64,000 bases of DNA from Terriglobia bacterium (GTDB taxonomy: Bacteria > Acidobacteriota > Terriglobia > 20CM-2-55-15). Below, piece by piece: positions 12,329 to 22,760 of this stretch (the first letter of the stretch is position 1; every line of letters begins with the position of its first letter). The notes under the pieces are model-generated. The model worked only from the letters and a program-made list of their open reading frames with translations, had not been told where the DNA came from and did not search any database. Both the position numbers and the translations under genes were made by a program. The stretch is taken from positions 256,001 through 320,000 of the forward strand of contig CBDAOY010000005.1 of the NCBI GenBank assembly GCA_965198225.1. Reading direction: 5' to 3'.

Positions 12329-13009
12329 TCAACGAGCCGGTGAAACGGCCTCGAGATGCCCAGCCTCGATTTTCCAGACCTGCTCACACTTTGCGGCGAT
12401 TCTCTCGTTGTGCGTCACGATCACCGAAGTGAGACCCCGTTCGGCATGGAGTTCCCGGACAACGTCAAAGACCTCTTCGCCGGTATGGAGATCGAGGTTC
12501 CCCGTAGGCTCGTCGGCGAGCAGGATTTCGGGTTCACCGACAAGGGCTCGAGCGATCGCAACACGCTGCTGTTCTCCTCCGGAAAGCTCACCCACCTTGT
12601 GCTCCAGCCTCGCCCCCAGCCCTACCCGTTCAAGCAATTGGCGGGCTCGCAACAATGCGTCGTCTCTCGTGTTGCCCCGAACCAGCAGCGGCATCGCCGC
12701 GTTCTCCACCGCCGTGAACTCGGGTAGCAGGTGGTGAAACTGGAAGACGAAGCCTACGTGGCGGTTACGAAACTCCGCGAGCCGGGCCGAGGGAAGGGCG
12801 AAGACATCCTCACCTTCGAACAGCACCTGGCCCGAACTCGGCGTGTCCAAGCCGCCAAGCAGATGGAGCAACGTACTCTTGCCAGCACCTGAAGGTCCAA
12901 TTACGGCCACCAGGTCGCCCCGCTCGACCGTCAGTTTGAGACCCTCGAAGATAACAATATCGGCGGCAGGAGTTCGGTAGATCTTCGACAGCTCAAGGGC
13001 TTCCAACAT
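12329..13009 (-). CDS. lolD: Lipoprotein-releasing ABC transporter ATPase LolD
   Basis: GPSGAGKST, FQFHHLLPEF, LSGGEQQRVAIARAL and DEPTGNLD motifs. Confidence 0.88.
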   Translation of the reverse strand: MLEALELSKIYRTPAADIVIFEGLKLTVERGDLVAVIGPSGAGKSTLLHLLGGLDTPSSGQVLFEGEDVFALPSARLAEFRNRHVGFVFQFHHLLPEFTAVENAAMPLLVRGNTRDDALLRARQLLERVGLGARLEHKVGELSGGEQQRVAIARALVGEPEILLADEPTGNLDLHTGEEVFDVVRELHAERGLTSVIVTHNERIAAKCEQVWKIEAGHLEAVSPAR

Positions 13010-13048
13010 AGGCGGATTATACGTGGATCGGACTGACAGATCAGGGGT

Positions 13049-13128
13049 TTAGCCACCGACTGCACCGATTTTTCGGATCAAGTGCCTTTGGGACAGACCG
13101 ATTCTTGCTGTCTGTGCAATCCGTGTTC
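13049..13128. repeat. Degenerate family B (cacggatt 9-mer) hairpin
   Basis: tagccaccgactgcaccgattt...tctgtgcaatccgtgtt resembles the 14408 and 15864 copies. Confidence 0.5.
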
Positions 13129-13132
13129 CTGC

Positions 13133-14347
13133 TTACTCATAGCGGAGAGCTTCCACAGGTTGGAGCTTGGATGCTGCGCGGGAAGGATAGATCGTGGCCA
13201 GGTAACTGATCAAAATTGCCGCAGTCGCCACAATTGCCGAGTCGATCGAGCTCAGCTTGAAGGGCACATAGGCGATGGAGTAGACGTCCGGGGCGAGGCT
13301 GACGAGGCGGTAGGCGTCGGCGACGTAGGCAGCGATGTTCCCCACGATGAGACCGATGGCCGTGCCGACCACCCCGATGATCACGCCCTGGGCGATGAAC
13401 ACCCGCCGTATGTTCTCCTCGGTCGCGCCCATCGACATGAGGACCGCAATGTCCCGCGTTTTCTCCATCACCATCATCACGAGTGTCACGACGATGTTCA
13501 GGGAAGCGACGATGACGATCAGGCCGATCGTAATGATCATCACGAGCCGCTCCAGCTGCAGGGCCTGGAAGATCGCTGTGTTCTGGGTCTTCCAATCGGT
13601 GTACTCGAGATCCTGGTCCAGGGCGGAAAGAATGCGTGGACCCAGCGTATCCGTCTCGTCGAGGTCTTCAACCTGTACCTCGATACTGGAGGCCACATCG
13701 CCGACGCGGGAGAGCCGCTGGGCGTTACCCAGCGCAACGTATACCCAACCGGAGTCGAACTCGTACAGTCCGGAGTTGAAGATGCCGACAACCTCGACGA
13801 AGCGGGAGAGGGGCGCCGGACCAGCAGGGGTCAAGCGCGTCTCCGCGCTCAGGATCCGCAGGCGATCGCCGACGAAAGATCCCAGATGCTGCGCCAGTTC
13901 CTCTCCGATCAGGATCGAGTTGTCCTTGAAGTCGTCGACCGAACCCTCGACCAGCGTGTTCAGGACATCCGATCGCGCGGCCTCGAGTTTCGGGACGATC
14001 CCCTTCATCCAGACGCCGCGATTCTGGACGGTGCTCGACAGCAGGACCGTCTGGTACAGGGCCGGAGCGGCCGCTTTCACACCGTCGAGGCGGCTTACCT
14101 GATCCGCCACCGAGCGGTAGTCGCTGATCCCGTCACGGGTTGCCTTCAGTAGCGTGATGTGGGCCTGCGCACCGAGAAGCTTCTCCTGCAGATCCTGCCG
14201 AAAGCCTGCGTTGATGGCCAGGGCGATGACGAGGGCCGCAACGCCGGCGGCGACCCCAACGATGGAGATCACTGTAATGAGCGACACGACGGCCTGCTTG
14301 CGCTTGGCCTTGAGATAGCGGATCGCTACGAGGAACTCGAACCTCAT
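13133..14347 (-). CDS. Lipoprotein-releasing ABC transporter permease LolC/E
   Basis: MRFEFLVAIRYL...EKTRDIAVL..MGA...PVEALRYE. The start is moved to 14347 because the ORF-track extension is repeat sequence. Confidence 0.88.
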   Translation of the reverse strand: MRFEFLVAIRYLKAKRKQAVVSLITVISIVGVAAGVAALVIALAINAGFRQDLQEKLLGAQAHITLLKATRDGISDYRSVADQVSRLDGVKAAAPALYQTVLLSSTVQNRGVWMKGIVPKLEAARSDVLNTLVEGSVDDFKDNSILIGEELAQHLGSFVGDRLRILSAETRLTPAGPAPLSRFVEVVGIFNSGLYEFDSGWVYVALGNAQRLSRVGDVASSIEVQVEDLDETDTLGPRILSALDQDLEYTDWKTQNTAIFQALQLERLVMIITIGLIVIVASLNIVVTLVMMVMEKTRDIAVLMSMGATEENIRRVFIAQGVIIGVVGTAIGLIVGNIAAYVADAYRLVSLAPDVYSIAYVPFKLSSIDSAIVATAAILISYLATIYPSRAASKLQPVEALRYE

Positions 14348-14407
14348 TACCCGGATTATACCTGGACTGATACCCCGATTACCGGATGGAACAGGGATCG
14401 TACGAAG

Positions 14408-14522
14408 TAGCCACGGATTGCACGGATTTAGCGGATTTCTTTCGGACAACGGACCACAGTATTCTTCCTATCCGTGTAATCCGTGAAATCCGTGGCGGTC
14501 TTTGTCCGAGCAATCCGTGGTT
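14408..14522. repeat. Family B palindromic repeat downstream of the split GxxExxY gene
   Basis: agccacggattgcacggatttagcggattt...atccgtgtaatccgtgaaatccgtggc plus an extra arm aatccgtggtt; direct repeat of 15864-15943. Confidence 0.85.
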
Positions 14523-15817
14523 TACCGGATCAATCTTTTCCACGTCAGGCTCTCCTCACCGAAATTGACCACGAGTCCGATCGGCACGGCCCGGGCTTTC
14601 ATGTAGGAAAGGGCCTGCGCAATATGCACATTGTGAATCCCGCTGACCGCCTTTAGTTCGACGATTACCTCGTCATTGACGATGACATCCAGCCGGTGTT
14701 TGCCGACTAGCCCGGGGCGTTTTCGGGTTAACACTAATGAGCATGAATGTTTTACGAATCATTCGGCGTGTGGAGGAGATCACACAGGAGCAGTCGGTTG
14801 TCGCATCGAGCCGGAACTGCCGCGTCATAAGGGCGGGGCAACGTCAGTCTTTCGAACCTGCGGACGGTCTTGAACGCCATTTTCAGACGGTATGGTGGCT
14901 GAGCAGGGCTGCAAGTGGCGCGGTCTGCCCAAGCGCTTTGGCAACTGTCCGCACCACCATCTACACCCGGATGAACCTCATACAAAGCTGGTGATGAAGA
15001 ACGGGGTGCTCGACGCCGTCTTCGAAAAACTCCAGCGCGAGCAACTGGTGCGCATCCGGGTGGAAGCCGTTTCGATGGACTCGACCATTGTGAAGGTCCG
15101 CATCCCGACGGCACAGGAGCGTTAAAAAAAACGGTCCGGTGGCAAGCGATCGGCAACCATCCCGCGGAGGATGGACCACCAAGATTCATCGGATGGTTGC
15201 CGCGAATGCTCGAACGGCGATAACGTTTGCACCTCTCGCCCGGACCTCCTAACCAAGCGCACGACGCCCCGCAGGGCCGCGAGCTGCTCGCCGGCCTGGG
15301 GCCGTTGCCCGCGCCGCTGCCGCTGCCTGATGGACCGTGCCTACCAGGACGACCAGACCCGCCAATTGGCTCTGGATTTTGGGTGGATTCCCGTCGTGCC
15401 GCAGCCAAGCGCAACCGCTTGGAGCCACCGGGAATACGACCGCGTTCTCTACCGCCGCAGGAACGAAGTCGAGAGGCGTGGTCTTCCGCCGACTCAAAGG
15501 TTTCCGGCGTCTCACGCGGTTTGGACAAAGTCCGTGAAATTATTCTCATAAGGGCCGCTTCGATAAACTCGACGTCATGTTCCTCGCCTTCCTTCACTTC
15601 GCTCTCATCGTCGAGGCACTACGTTAGTGTTAACACGCCCTAGCTGGCCTTTATAAGCGACTCGTACTTCCGATTCGGTGGTTCTCGATAGGCCTCGAAG
15701 GCCCAGTTCGTGAAGGAAGGCTTTCCTGTAGATGGTTTCCAGGAAGCCGGGGCCCAACACACGATGGACTTCCATGGCGGCGCCGATAATGGTGCGGGTG
15801 AGTCTCTCCGATCGCAT
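14522..15817 (-). pseudogene. GxxExxY protein gene interrupted by an IS5-family element
   Basis: The 5' half MRSERLTRTIIGAAMEVHRVLGPGFLETIY...YKGQL and the 3' half VGKHRLDVIVNDEVIVELKAV...NFGEESL join in frame across CTAG. Confidence 0.9.
14707..15643 (+). mobile_element. IS5-family (IS427-like) insertion sequence, heavily frameshifted
   Basis: Fragments VAEQGCKWRGLPKRFGN, MDSTIVKV, AHDAPQGRELL and YRRRNEVER; A-run at about 15124. Right IR is ttagtgttaacacgccc, left IR is the degenerate ggcgt...gttaacactaa; CTAG at both ends. Confidence 0.85.
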
Positions 15818-15840
15818 GATCTCGCCGGAGCATTTCGCGT

Positions 15841-15968
15841 GCCACGGATTGCACGGAGGAATCTAGCCACGGATTACACGGATTTAGCGGATTTCTTTCG
15901 GACAGCAGGCCCCAGTATTCTTCCTATCCGTGAAATCCGTGGCTTGTTCTATGTGTGTAATCCGTGGA
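15841..15968. repeat. Family B palindromic repeat upstream of the split GxxExxY gene
   Basis: gccacggattgcacggag...agccacggattacacggatttagcggattt...atccgtgaaatccgtggc...taatccgtggat, ending next to the lysS stop. Confidence 0.85.
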
Positions 15969-15969
15969 T

Positions 15970-17445
15970 CTACTCTTCGGCTCTCAAGTGCGGGAACAGG
16001 ATCACGTCGCGGATTGATCGGGAGTCGGTCAGCAGCATCGTCACGCGGTCGACTCCGATGCCTTCACCGGCGGTCGGCGGCATGCCGTAGGCCAGGGCCC
16101 GGACATAGTCGTCGTCCATGGCGTGCGCTTCTTCGTCGCCCCGTTTCTGAGCTTCGAGCTGGTCCTCGAATCGTTTTCGCTGGACCACGGGGTCGTTCAG
16201 CTCCGAATAGGCGTTGGCAATCTCCATGCCGGCTATGAATAGCTCGAAGCGTTCGACGAGCCGGGGGTCGCTCTTCTTCGCCTTCGAAAGCGGGGACATC
16301 TCGACCGGATAGTCGTAAATGAAGGTAGGCTGGATCAGGTGCTCTTCGGCGACGTTGTCAAACAGCTCGCCGATCAGGTAGCCGAGGGGAAGCTGCGGAT
16401 TGTAGTCGGCCTTCACATCGTCGAGTAGCATGACGACGCTTTCGGGTTCGTCGAACATCGACTCCTGGATCTCGCGCGGATAGTACTTGACGATAGCTTC
16501 CTTCACACTGAGCCGGGTCCAGTTGTCGAAATCGATCTCTTTGTCGGCATAGGTGATCCGGCGCGACCCGCAGACCTTGTCGACCACAGCCTTCATCATC
16601 TCCTCGGTCAGATCCATCAGGTCGGTGTAGTCGCTGTATGCCTCGTAGAACTCCAGCATCGTGTACTCGGGGTTGTGTTTGATCGACATCCCTTCGTTGC
16701 GGAAGCTTCGGTTCAGGTCGTAAACCTTGCTCAACCCACCGACGATCAGCCGCTTCAAGTACAACTCGGGCGCGATCCGGAGGTAGAACGGCATGTCCAG
16801 CGTGTTGTGGTGTGTCCTGAAGGGTCGCGCCAACGCGCCTCCGGCGACGGGATGGAGGATCGGAGTCTCGACCTCGAGGTACCCTCGGTCGTCGAGGAAG
16901 CGCCGCATCTCTCGGACGATCTGGCTGCGTCTTACGAAAACGTCGCGAACGGCCTGATTGACGATGAGGTCCACGTACCGTCGTCGGTACCGAATCTCGA
17001 CGTCGGTCAGTCCGTGCCACTTTTCGGGAAGTGGCAGAAGACCCTTGGAGAGGAAGGTCAACTCGGACGCCAGCACGGTGAGTTCACCGGTGCGCGTCCG
17101 GAACATCGCCCCTTCGACACCGATGAAGTCGCCGATGTCGAGCAGCTTGTAGAGATGGAAATCCCTTTCCGGAAGTTTGTCTTTCTTGGCGTAGACCTGG
17201 ATCCGGCCTCCGCCCTCGTAAATCGTCAGGAACCCGGCTTTTCCGAAAGGACGGCTTGCGACGATCCGGCCGGTCACCCGGACAGTCTCGGACGACTGCT
17301 CCAGTTCTTCACCGGATCTCTCGGAAAACTGGTCGGTCACAGCCAGCAGCGTGTGTGTATATTCGTACGAAGTCGGGTATGGATCGTAGCCGAGCTCTTC
17401 GATCTTCTTGAGCTTCTCGAGCCGGACCTGTTCGAGTTCTTCCAT
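15970..17445 (-). CDS. lysS: Lysine--tRNA ligase
   Basis: [23 protein letters not shown] and [15 protein letters not shown] motifs. Confidence 0.97.
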   Translation of the reverse strand: MEELEQVRLEKLKKIEELGYDPYPTSYEYTHTLLAVTDQFSERSGEELEQSSETVRVTGRIVASRPFGKAGFLTIYEGGGRIQVYAKKDKLPERDFHLYKLLDIGDFIGVEGAMFRTRTGELTVLASELTFLSKGLLPLPEKWHGLTDVEIRYRRRYVDLIVNQAVRDVFVRRSQIVREMRRFLDDRGYLEVETPILHPVAGGALARPFRTHHNTLDMPFYLRIAPELYLKRLIVGGLSKVYDLNRSFRNEGMSIKHNPEYTMLEFYEAYSDYTDLMDLTEEMMKAVVDKVCGSRRITYADKEIDFDNWTRLSVKEAIVKYYPREIQESMFDEPESVVMLLDDVKADYNPQLPLGYLIGELFDNVAEEHLIQPTFIYDYPVEMSPLSKAKKSDPRLVERFELFIAGMEIANAYSELNDPVVQRKRFEDQLEAQKRGDEEAHAMDDDYVRALAYGMPPTAGEGIGVDRVTMLLTDSRSIRDVILFPHLRAEE

Positions 17446-17478
17446 GGTCTGTCAGCGACGGATAAGAAGAAAAGATTC

Positions 17479-17562
17479 TAACCACGGAGGCACAGAGGCA
17501 CGGAACGAATTTTGTGTCCGAGCTGAAATCAAAAACTCCGTGTCTCCGCGCCTCCGTGGTTA
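17479..17562. repeat. Family A GxxExxY-type empty inverted repeat
   Basis: taaccacggaggcacagaggcacgga...ctccgtgtctccgcgcctccgtggtta; the right end overlaps the nusB TAA. Confidence 0.9.
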
Positions 17563-17976
17563 TGTCTTCTTCTCTTCAATTTCCTTCCGGATACTATCCA
17601 GAATCCCGTTGACGAAGTTGGGAGACTGCTCGGCGCCGTAGCGGCGGGCGATTTCGATCGCTTCGTTGATGACGACGGTGCTCGGGGTCTCTTCGTCGTA
17701 GAGCAGTTCCTGGGTCGCCAGCCTCAGGATGTTGCGGTCGACGGTGTCCATCCGATCGAGCCGCCAGTTTTCGGCGTGGCTCTCGATTACCGGATCGATC
17801 TTCTCAATAGCCCCAACGGTCCGCTCCAGCAACCGGTCGGCAAACTCCCGGGCGTCGGGAGACGCCTCGTGAACCTCCCAGAAGTTCACGGAAATCTCGT
17901 CAAACGGGTCGCGCGTCAGATCCCACTGGAACAGCATCTGGAGCGCGCACTCCCTTCCTTGCCGTCGAATACCCAT
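17560..17976 (-). CDS. nusB: Transcription antitermination factor NusB
   Basis: RRQGRECALQMLFQ, VVINEAIEIA and FVNGILD motifs. Confidence 0.95.
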   Translation of the reverse strand: MGIRRQGRECALQMLFQWDLTRDPFDEISVNFWEVHEASPDAREFADRLLERTVGAIEKIDPVIESHAENWRLDRMDTVDRNILRLATQELLYDEETPSTVVINEAIEIARRYGAEQSPNFVNGILDSIRKEIEEKKT

Positions 17977-17989
17977 CGAATATCGATTG

Positions 17990-18481
17990 TCAAAGATCGC
18001 GAAGCAGTCGGACCATTTCTATGGCAGCTATCGCCGCGTCGAAACCGCGGTTGCCGGCATCCCCTCCAGAACGGGCTGCGGCTTGCTCGTAGTTCTCGGT
18101 CGTCAGGACACCGAACGTAACAGGAATGTTCGCATCGAGCGAAACACGCAATAAACCCTCCGTGGCAGCGCGGCCGACATGCTCAAAATGCGGCGTCTCT
18201 CCGCGAATCACGCATCCGAGCGCGATGACCGCATCGAAGGCGCCGTCAGTGGTCAGGCGTTTAGCTGCCACCGGAAGTTCGAAGGAGCCGGGTACGCGAA
18301 CCACGCGCACTTCGTGGGGCGGCGTGCCGGTCTTCTCGAGCGCTTCAAGAGCCCCTTCGAGCAGGCGATCGACGATGTTCGCGTTGAACCGGCTCGCGAC
18401 GATCGCAAACCCGAGCCCCGAAGAGTCGAGGTTGTCGGGAATCTTCGGCGACTCTTTACTCTCCTTTGAAGTTCGCTCCAC
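17990..18481 (-). CDS. ribH: 6,7-dimethyl-8-ribityllumazine synthase
   Basis: SRFN, VPGSFELP and GCVIRGETPHF motifs; upstream of nusB. Confidence 0.95.
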   Translation of the reverse strand: MERTSKESKESPKIPDNLDSSGLGFAIVASRFNANIVDRLLEGALEALEKTGTPPHEVRVVRVPGSFELPVAAKRLTTDGAFDAVIALGCVIRGETPHFEHVGRAATEGLLRVSLDANIPVTFGVLTTENYEQAAARSGGDAGNRGFDAAIAAIEMVRLLRDL

Positions 18482-19235
18482 GTTTCTCCAGGAACGCTCG
18501 AGTCCCTTCCTTCATGTCCTCGGTCGCGCAACATAGACCGAACAGGGTCGCCTCGAGGAACTGTCCTTCCGCTTGAGTCATCTCGACACCCCGATTAACG
18601 GCTTCTAGACAGAACTGTACCGCCAGAGGCGCGTTGGCGATGATCTTTCTTGCCAGAGCCTCGGCAGCGCTTATGAGCTCGGCCTGCGGGACCACTTGGT
18701 TGGCAAGACCGATCCGGCTGGCCTCTTCGGCGGTGACCATCTCGCCGGTGATCAGGATCTGCATCGCGCGGCCTTTTCCGACAAGCCGCGGCAGCCGCTG
18801 CGTGCCCCCGTAGCCCGGGATGATGCCCAGCTTCACCTCAGGTTGCCCGAACACGGCATTGTCGGAGGCGATCCGGAACGAGCACGCCATGGCCAGCTCA
18901 CAACCTCCACCCAGGGCATAACCGTTGACCGCAGCGATCACGGGTTTGCCGAGTTCCTCGATGAAGTTGAACGTGGCCTGGCCTGACAACGCCCATTCTT
19001 TACCTGGCACGGGAGTCTGGACGGCCAGCTCGTTGATGTCGGCGCCGCTGACGAACGCCTTTTCCCCGCCCCCGGTAAGGATGACCACGCGGACTGCAGC
19101 GTCATTCTTCGCTTCCCCGAAAGCCTGCCGCAACTCGGCCACCGTCTGCGCGTTGAGCGCATTCCGCACCTTGGGCCTGTCAATGGTTACAAAGGCTATA
19201 CTGTCCCGGACTTCACACACTAAATTTTCATACAT
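18456..19235 (-). CDS. Enoyl-CoA hydratase (crotonase)
   Basis: AFVSGADI, GYALGGGCELA and GQPEVKLGIIPGYGGTQRL motifs; start at MYENLV. Confidence 0.92.
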   Translation of the reverse strand: MYENLVCEVRDSIAFVTIDRPKVRNALNAQTVAELRQAFGEAKNDAAVRVVILTGGGEKAFVSGADINELAVQTPVPGKEWALSGQATFNFIEELGKPVIAAVNGYALGGGCELAMACSFRIASDNAVFGQPEVKLGIIPGYGGTQRLPRLVGKGRAMQILITGEMVTAEEASRIGLANQVVPQAELISAAEALARKIIANAPLAVQFCLEAVNRGVEMTQAEGQFLEATLFGLCCATEDMKEGTRAFLEKRGANFKGE

Positions 19236-19263
19236 GGCTCTAACCAGTAGGATGAAGAAGATA

Positions 19264-19338
19264 TAACCACGGAGGCGCGGAGACACGGAGTTGATTAGAC
19301 CTCATGGGTTTCTCCGTGCCTCTGTGCCTCCGTGGTTA
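19264..19338. repeat. Family A empty inverted repeat
   Basis: taaccacggaggcgcggagacacggag...ctccgtgcctctgtgcctccgtggtta. Confidence 0.9.
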
Positions 19339-19346
19339 GCAAATTC

Positions 19347-20225
19347 CTAATACAACGGCTTTGGGTTGGCCGGGTCGCTGTGATCGTAGAAGCCGCGGCC
19401 GGTTTTGCGGCCGTGGTGGCCGGCCAGGACCATTCGCTTCAGCAAAGGAGGCGGCGCGAACCGGCGCTCACGGAACTCGTCGAACATGATGTTGGCGATG
19501 TAGTACGTCGTATCCAGGCCGACGAAATCCAACAGCGTAAAGGGTCCCATGGGATAGCCGCAGCCGAGCTTCATCCCGTTGTCGATGTCGGAAACTGAGC
19601 CGATACCCTCCTCCAGGCCCCGGACCGCGTCGAGCAGGTACGGCACGAGCAGCCGGTTCACGATGAAGCCCGACCGGTCGGTCGTCCGAATCGGAACCTT
19701 GCCCAGACTCTTGCCGAAGTCCATGGCCTCGTCCATGACGCCGGGGGCCGTCGTAATGGTGCCGACGACCTCGACCAGTTTCATGATCGGAACCGGGTTA
19801 AAGAAGTGAAGGCCGATAAAGCGGTCCACCCGCCTGGTCGCCGTCATCATTTCGGTGATGACCAGCGAGGACGTGTTGCTGGCGAAGATGGCTCCGTCCT
19901 TCACGGCTTCGTCCAACTCCTTGAAGAGCTCCCGCTTCAAGTCGAGGTTCTCGATGACGGCCTCGATGACGACATCGCAATCGGCCAGATCGCCGACGTT
20001 TGTGGTTCCGCTCAGCCGCCCCATGATCTCGGCCTTCTGCTCCCCGGTAATCTTTTCTTTCTTGAGCAGCCGCGAAAGCGACTTGTCGATCGATGCCATC
20101 CCCTTGTCGAGAAACTCGTCGGCCACTTCGCGGACGACGGTTTCGAACCCTGCCGCGGCCGCCGTCTGCGCGATGCCGGATCCCATCAGGCCACAGCCCA
20201 GCACTCCAACCTTCTTGATAGCCAT
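19347..20225 (-). CDS. 3-hydroxybutyryl-CoA dehydrogenase
   Basis: GCGLMGSGIAQ, SNTSSL, HFFNPVP and PMGP motifs. Confidence 0.92.
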   Translation of the reverse strand: MAIKKVGVLGCGLMGSGIAQTAAAAGFETVVREVADEFLDKGMASIDKSLSRLLKKEKITGEQKAEIMGRLSGTTNVGDLADCDVVIEAVIENLDLKRELFKELDEAVKDGAIFASNTSSLVITEMMTATRRVDRFIGLHFFNPVPIMKLVEVVGTITTAPGVMDEAMDFGKSLGKVPIRTTDRSGFIVNRLLVPYLLDAVRGLEEGIGSVSDIDNGMKLGCGYPMGPFTLLDFVGLDTTYYIANIMFDEFRERRFAPPPLLKRMVLAGHHGRKTGRGFYDHSDPANPKPLY

Positions 20226-20254
20226 TAATTAATGCCTCCCGAAACTTACGCCAG

Positions 20255-20324
20255 GTCTAGGGGCGGTCTATGACCGCACATTGTCCGAACCGAAACGACG
20301 TGCGCTCATAGAGCGCACCTACAC
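20255..20324. repeat. GTAG-type REP doublet (family C, copy 3)
   Basis: gtctaggggcggtctatgaccgcac...gtgcgctcatagagcgcacctacac. Confidence 0.8.
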
Positions 20325-20330
20325 CCCATA

Positions 20331-21503
20331 TCAGCTCAGTGCTTCGACAATAATTGCGATGCCTTGCCCACCGCCGATGCATGCGGTCGCAAGACCGTAT
20401 CGTTCGTTCCGTCGTCGGAGCTCATAGAGGACCGTCATCGTCAGCCGCGTACCGGTCGCGCCGAGCGGGTGTCCCAGGGCGATGGCACCGCCGTTGACGT
20501 TGACCTTGTCACGATCGAGACCGAGCTCCTTTTCCACGGCCAGATACTGTCCGGCGAAAGCCTCGTTCACTTCGATGAGGTCGATGTCGGAGAGCTGCAG
20601 TCCCGCCCGCTCGAGGGCTATCTTCGTAGCGGGAACGGGGCCGATGCCCATGATCTCAGGCGGTACACCAGCGATCCCCCAACTGACGATTCGACCCAGG
20701 GCGTTGCCGTTTGCCTTCTCGGCCGTGGTCAGGACAACGGCCGCGCCGCCATCGACGATGCCGCTGGCGTTGCCGGCCGTCACGAACCCGTCCTCGGCAA
20801 AGGCGGGCCGCAGCTTGGCCAGAGCTTCCATCGTGGTGTCCGGACGCATGTGGTCATCCTGCTCGACTATCTTGACGCCCTTGCGGCTCTTGAGCTCCAC
20901 CGGTGTGATTTCGTCTGCGAAACGCCCAGCCTGCCACGCCGCTGCAGCCGCCCTCTGACTGCGCAATGCGAACTCATCCTGCTGTTCGCGACTGATGTTG
21001 TGCTTGTTCGCCAGGTTATTCGCCGTCCCGGCCATGTAGCAGCCACAGTAGGTGTCCATCAGCGCGACCATCAACGAGTCCTCCATCTGAGCCTGACCCA
21101 GTTTCAGGCCCCACCGGGCGCCGCGGACAACGTGCGGCGCCTGGCTCATCGACTCGATGCCGCCCGCCAGAACGTGTTCGGCCTCCCCGAGTTCGATCAA
21201 CTGCGCGCCGGTGACGATGGCCTGAATCCCCGAACCGCACAAGCGGTTGAGGGTCAGAGCGGGCGTCTCGATCGGTAGGCCCGCCTTCAAGGCGACATGA
21301 CGTGCGCCATAGATCGCGTCGCCGCTGGTCTGCAGCGCGTTGCCAAAAACGGCATGATCGAAGTCCTCGGCGGCCACCCCCGACTGCTCGATCGCAGCCC
21401 GAGACGCGATGGCTCCCAACTCAAGTGCACTCAGGTCCCGGAGCGCTCCACCGTACTCCCCCATCGGGGTTCTTTTGCCGGCAACGATGACAATGTCTTT
21501 CAT
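20331..21503 (-). CDS. Acetyl-CoA C-acyltransferase (thiolase)
   Basis: NRLCGSG, NEAFA, GHPLGATG and CIGGGQG motifs. Start at MKDIVIV with a GGAGG RBS. Confidence 0.93.
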   Translation of the reverse strand: MKDIVIVAGKRTPMGEYGGALRDLSALELGAIASRAAIEQSGVAAEDFDHAVFGNALQTSGDAIYGARHVALKAGLPIETPALTLNRLCGSGIQAIVTGAQLIELGEAEHVLAGGIESMSQAPHVVRGARWGLKLGQAQMEDSLMVALMDTYCGCYMAGTANNLANKHNISREQQDEFALRSQRAAAAAWQAGRFADEITPVELKSRKGVKIVEQDDHMRPDTTMEALAKLRPAFAEDGFVTAGNASGIVDGGAAVVLTTAEKANGNALGRIVSWGIAGVPPEIMGIGPVPATKIALERAGLQLSDIDLIEVNEAFAGQYLAVEKELGLDRDKVNVNGGAIALGHPLGATGTRLTMTVLYELRRRNERYGLATACIGGGQGIAIIVEALS

Positions 21504-21555
21504 GTACGACCTCCAAAACTGACAATTATCGCACAATTCAGAGAGAGGAGGAACT

Positions 21556-21739
21556 TGACGACGGAGGCTCGGAGACACGGACATCTTTGTCTTTCGCCGA
21601 GCGTAGAGGCCCGTGAGAGAACCAATGTGAGGGGGACACGGCCTGGCCCTGTCCCCGGGTTTTCGCCACGCAGAAAAGTCGGTGAGCGATGCCACCTGCC
21701 CATCGCAAGATCTCCGTGCCTCTGTGCCTCCGTGGTTCA
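21556..21739. repeat. Family A inverted repeat enclosing a family D hairpin
   Basis: acggaggctcggagacacgga...[gggggacacggcctggccctgtccccggg]...ctccgtgcctctgtgcctccgtggtt. Confidence 0.8.
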
Positions 21740-21788
21740 TCTTCTTCGCCTGCCAGAGCGGAGTCAGACCACATGCTAGACTGGCGCA

Positions 21789-22736
21789 ATGATTCTGGTG
21801 ACAGGCGGGGCGGGCTTTATCGGTTCTCACCTCATCGACAGTCTGCTTGACCGAGGAGAGGAAATCGTCTGCGTCGACGATTTCAATGATTTCTACTCGC
21901 CGGACATCAAACGGGCGAACATCAGCATCCATCTGGAATCGAACCGGTATCGCTTGGTTGAAGCCGATATTCGGGATCAGAAGGCCCTCGCCAGCGTCTT
22001 CGAGCGTCACGGGATTCACAAGATCGTCCACCTGGCGGCACGAGCCGGTGTCCGCCCCTCGCTTGTCGAGCCGCTCCTCTACGAAGATGTCAATGTCCGT
22101 GGAACCCTGTATCTGCTCGAGTTGGCACGTGTGCACGAGGTCGACCAATTTGTTTTCGCCTCATCTTCTTCGGTTTACGGGGCAAACAAGAAGGTCCCTT
22201 TCAGTGAAGACGACCGGATCGATCGAACCATCTCTCCATACGCTGCGACAAAGTACGGCGGAGAGCTCTTCTGCCACACTTATCACCACCTCTACGGCAT
22301 ACCGACTACCTGCTTGCGATTCTTCACGGTTTACGGGCCGCGGCAGCGTCCGGAGATGGCGATCCACAAATTTACACGTCTGCTGTTCGAATCGAAACCG
22401 ATCCCCATGTTCGGAGACGGGGAAAGCGCGCGCGATTACACCTACATCGACGACATCCTGGCGGGACTTCTCTCGGCGATAGACCACCCTTTCGACTTCG
22501 AGGTGATCAACCTGGGAGAATCGAATACGACAACGCTCCGGGAATTGATCGATGCGCTCGGCCGTCTCTCGGGCCGGTCGGTCGATGTCGAACGCCTTCC
22601 CAACCAACCCGGCGACGTCGAAATCAACTACGCCGACGTCTCCAAGGCGAAACGCCTGCTCGACTACCACCCGACCACGTCAATCGAAGACGGCCTGTCC
22701 AATTTCCTCGAATGGTTCGAGAAAAGCCTGGCCTGA
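21789..22736 (+). CDS. NAD-dependent epimerase (UDP-glucuronate 4-epimerase-like)
   Basis: GGAGFIG, YAATK and RFFTVYGPRQRPEMA motifs. Confidence 0.88.
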   Translation: MILVTGGAGFIGSHLIDSLLDRGEEIVCVDDFNDFYSPDIKRANISIHLESNRYRLVEADIRDQKALASVFERHGIHKIVHLAARAGVRPSLVEPLLYEDVNVRGTLYLLELARVHEVDQFVFASSSSVYGANKKVPFSEDDRIDRTISPYAATKYGGELFCHTYHHLYGIPTTCLRFFTVYGPRQRPEMAIHKFTRLLFESKPIPMFGDGESARDYTYIDDILAGLLSAIDHPFDFEVINLGESNTTTLRELIDALGRLSGRSVDVERLPNQPGDVEINYADVSKAKRLLDYHPTTSIEDGLSNFLEWFEKSLA

Positions 22737-22760
22737 ACCGTTCGCAGTCGGAAAAAGGTC

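Noticed and set aside
21504-22148. Thiolase N-terminal extension (605-aa ORF)
   Set aside because: It runs through repeats and antisense to the epimerase; a good RBS and ATG are present at 21503.
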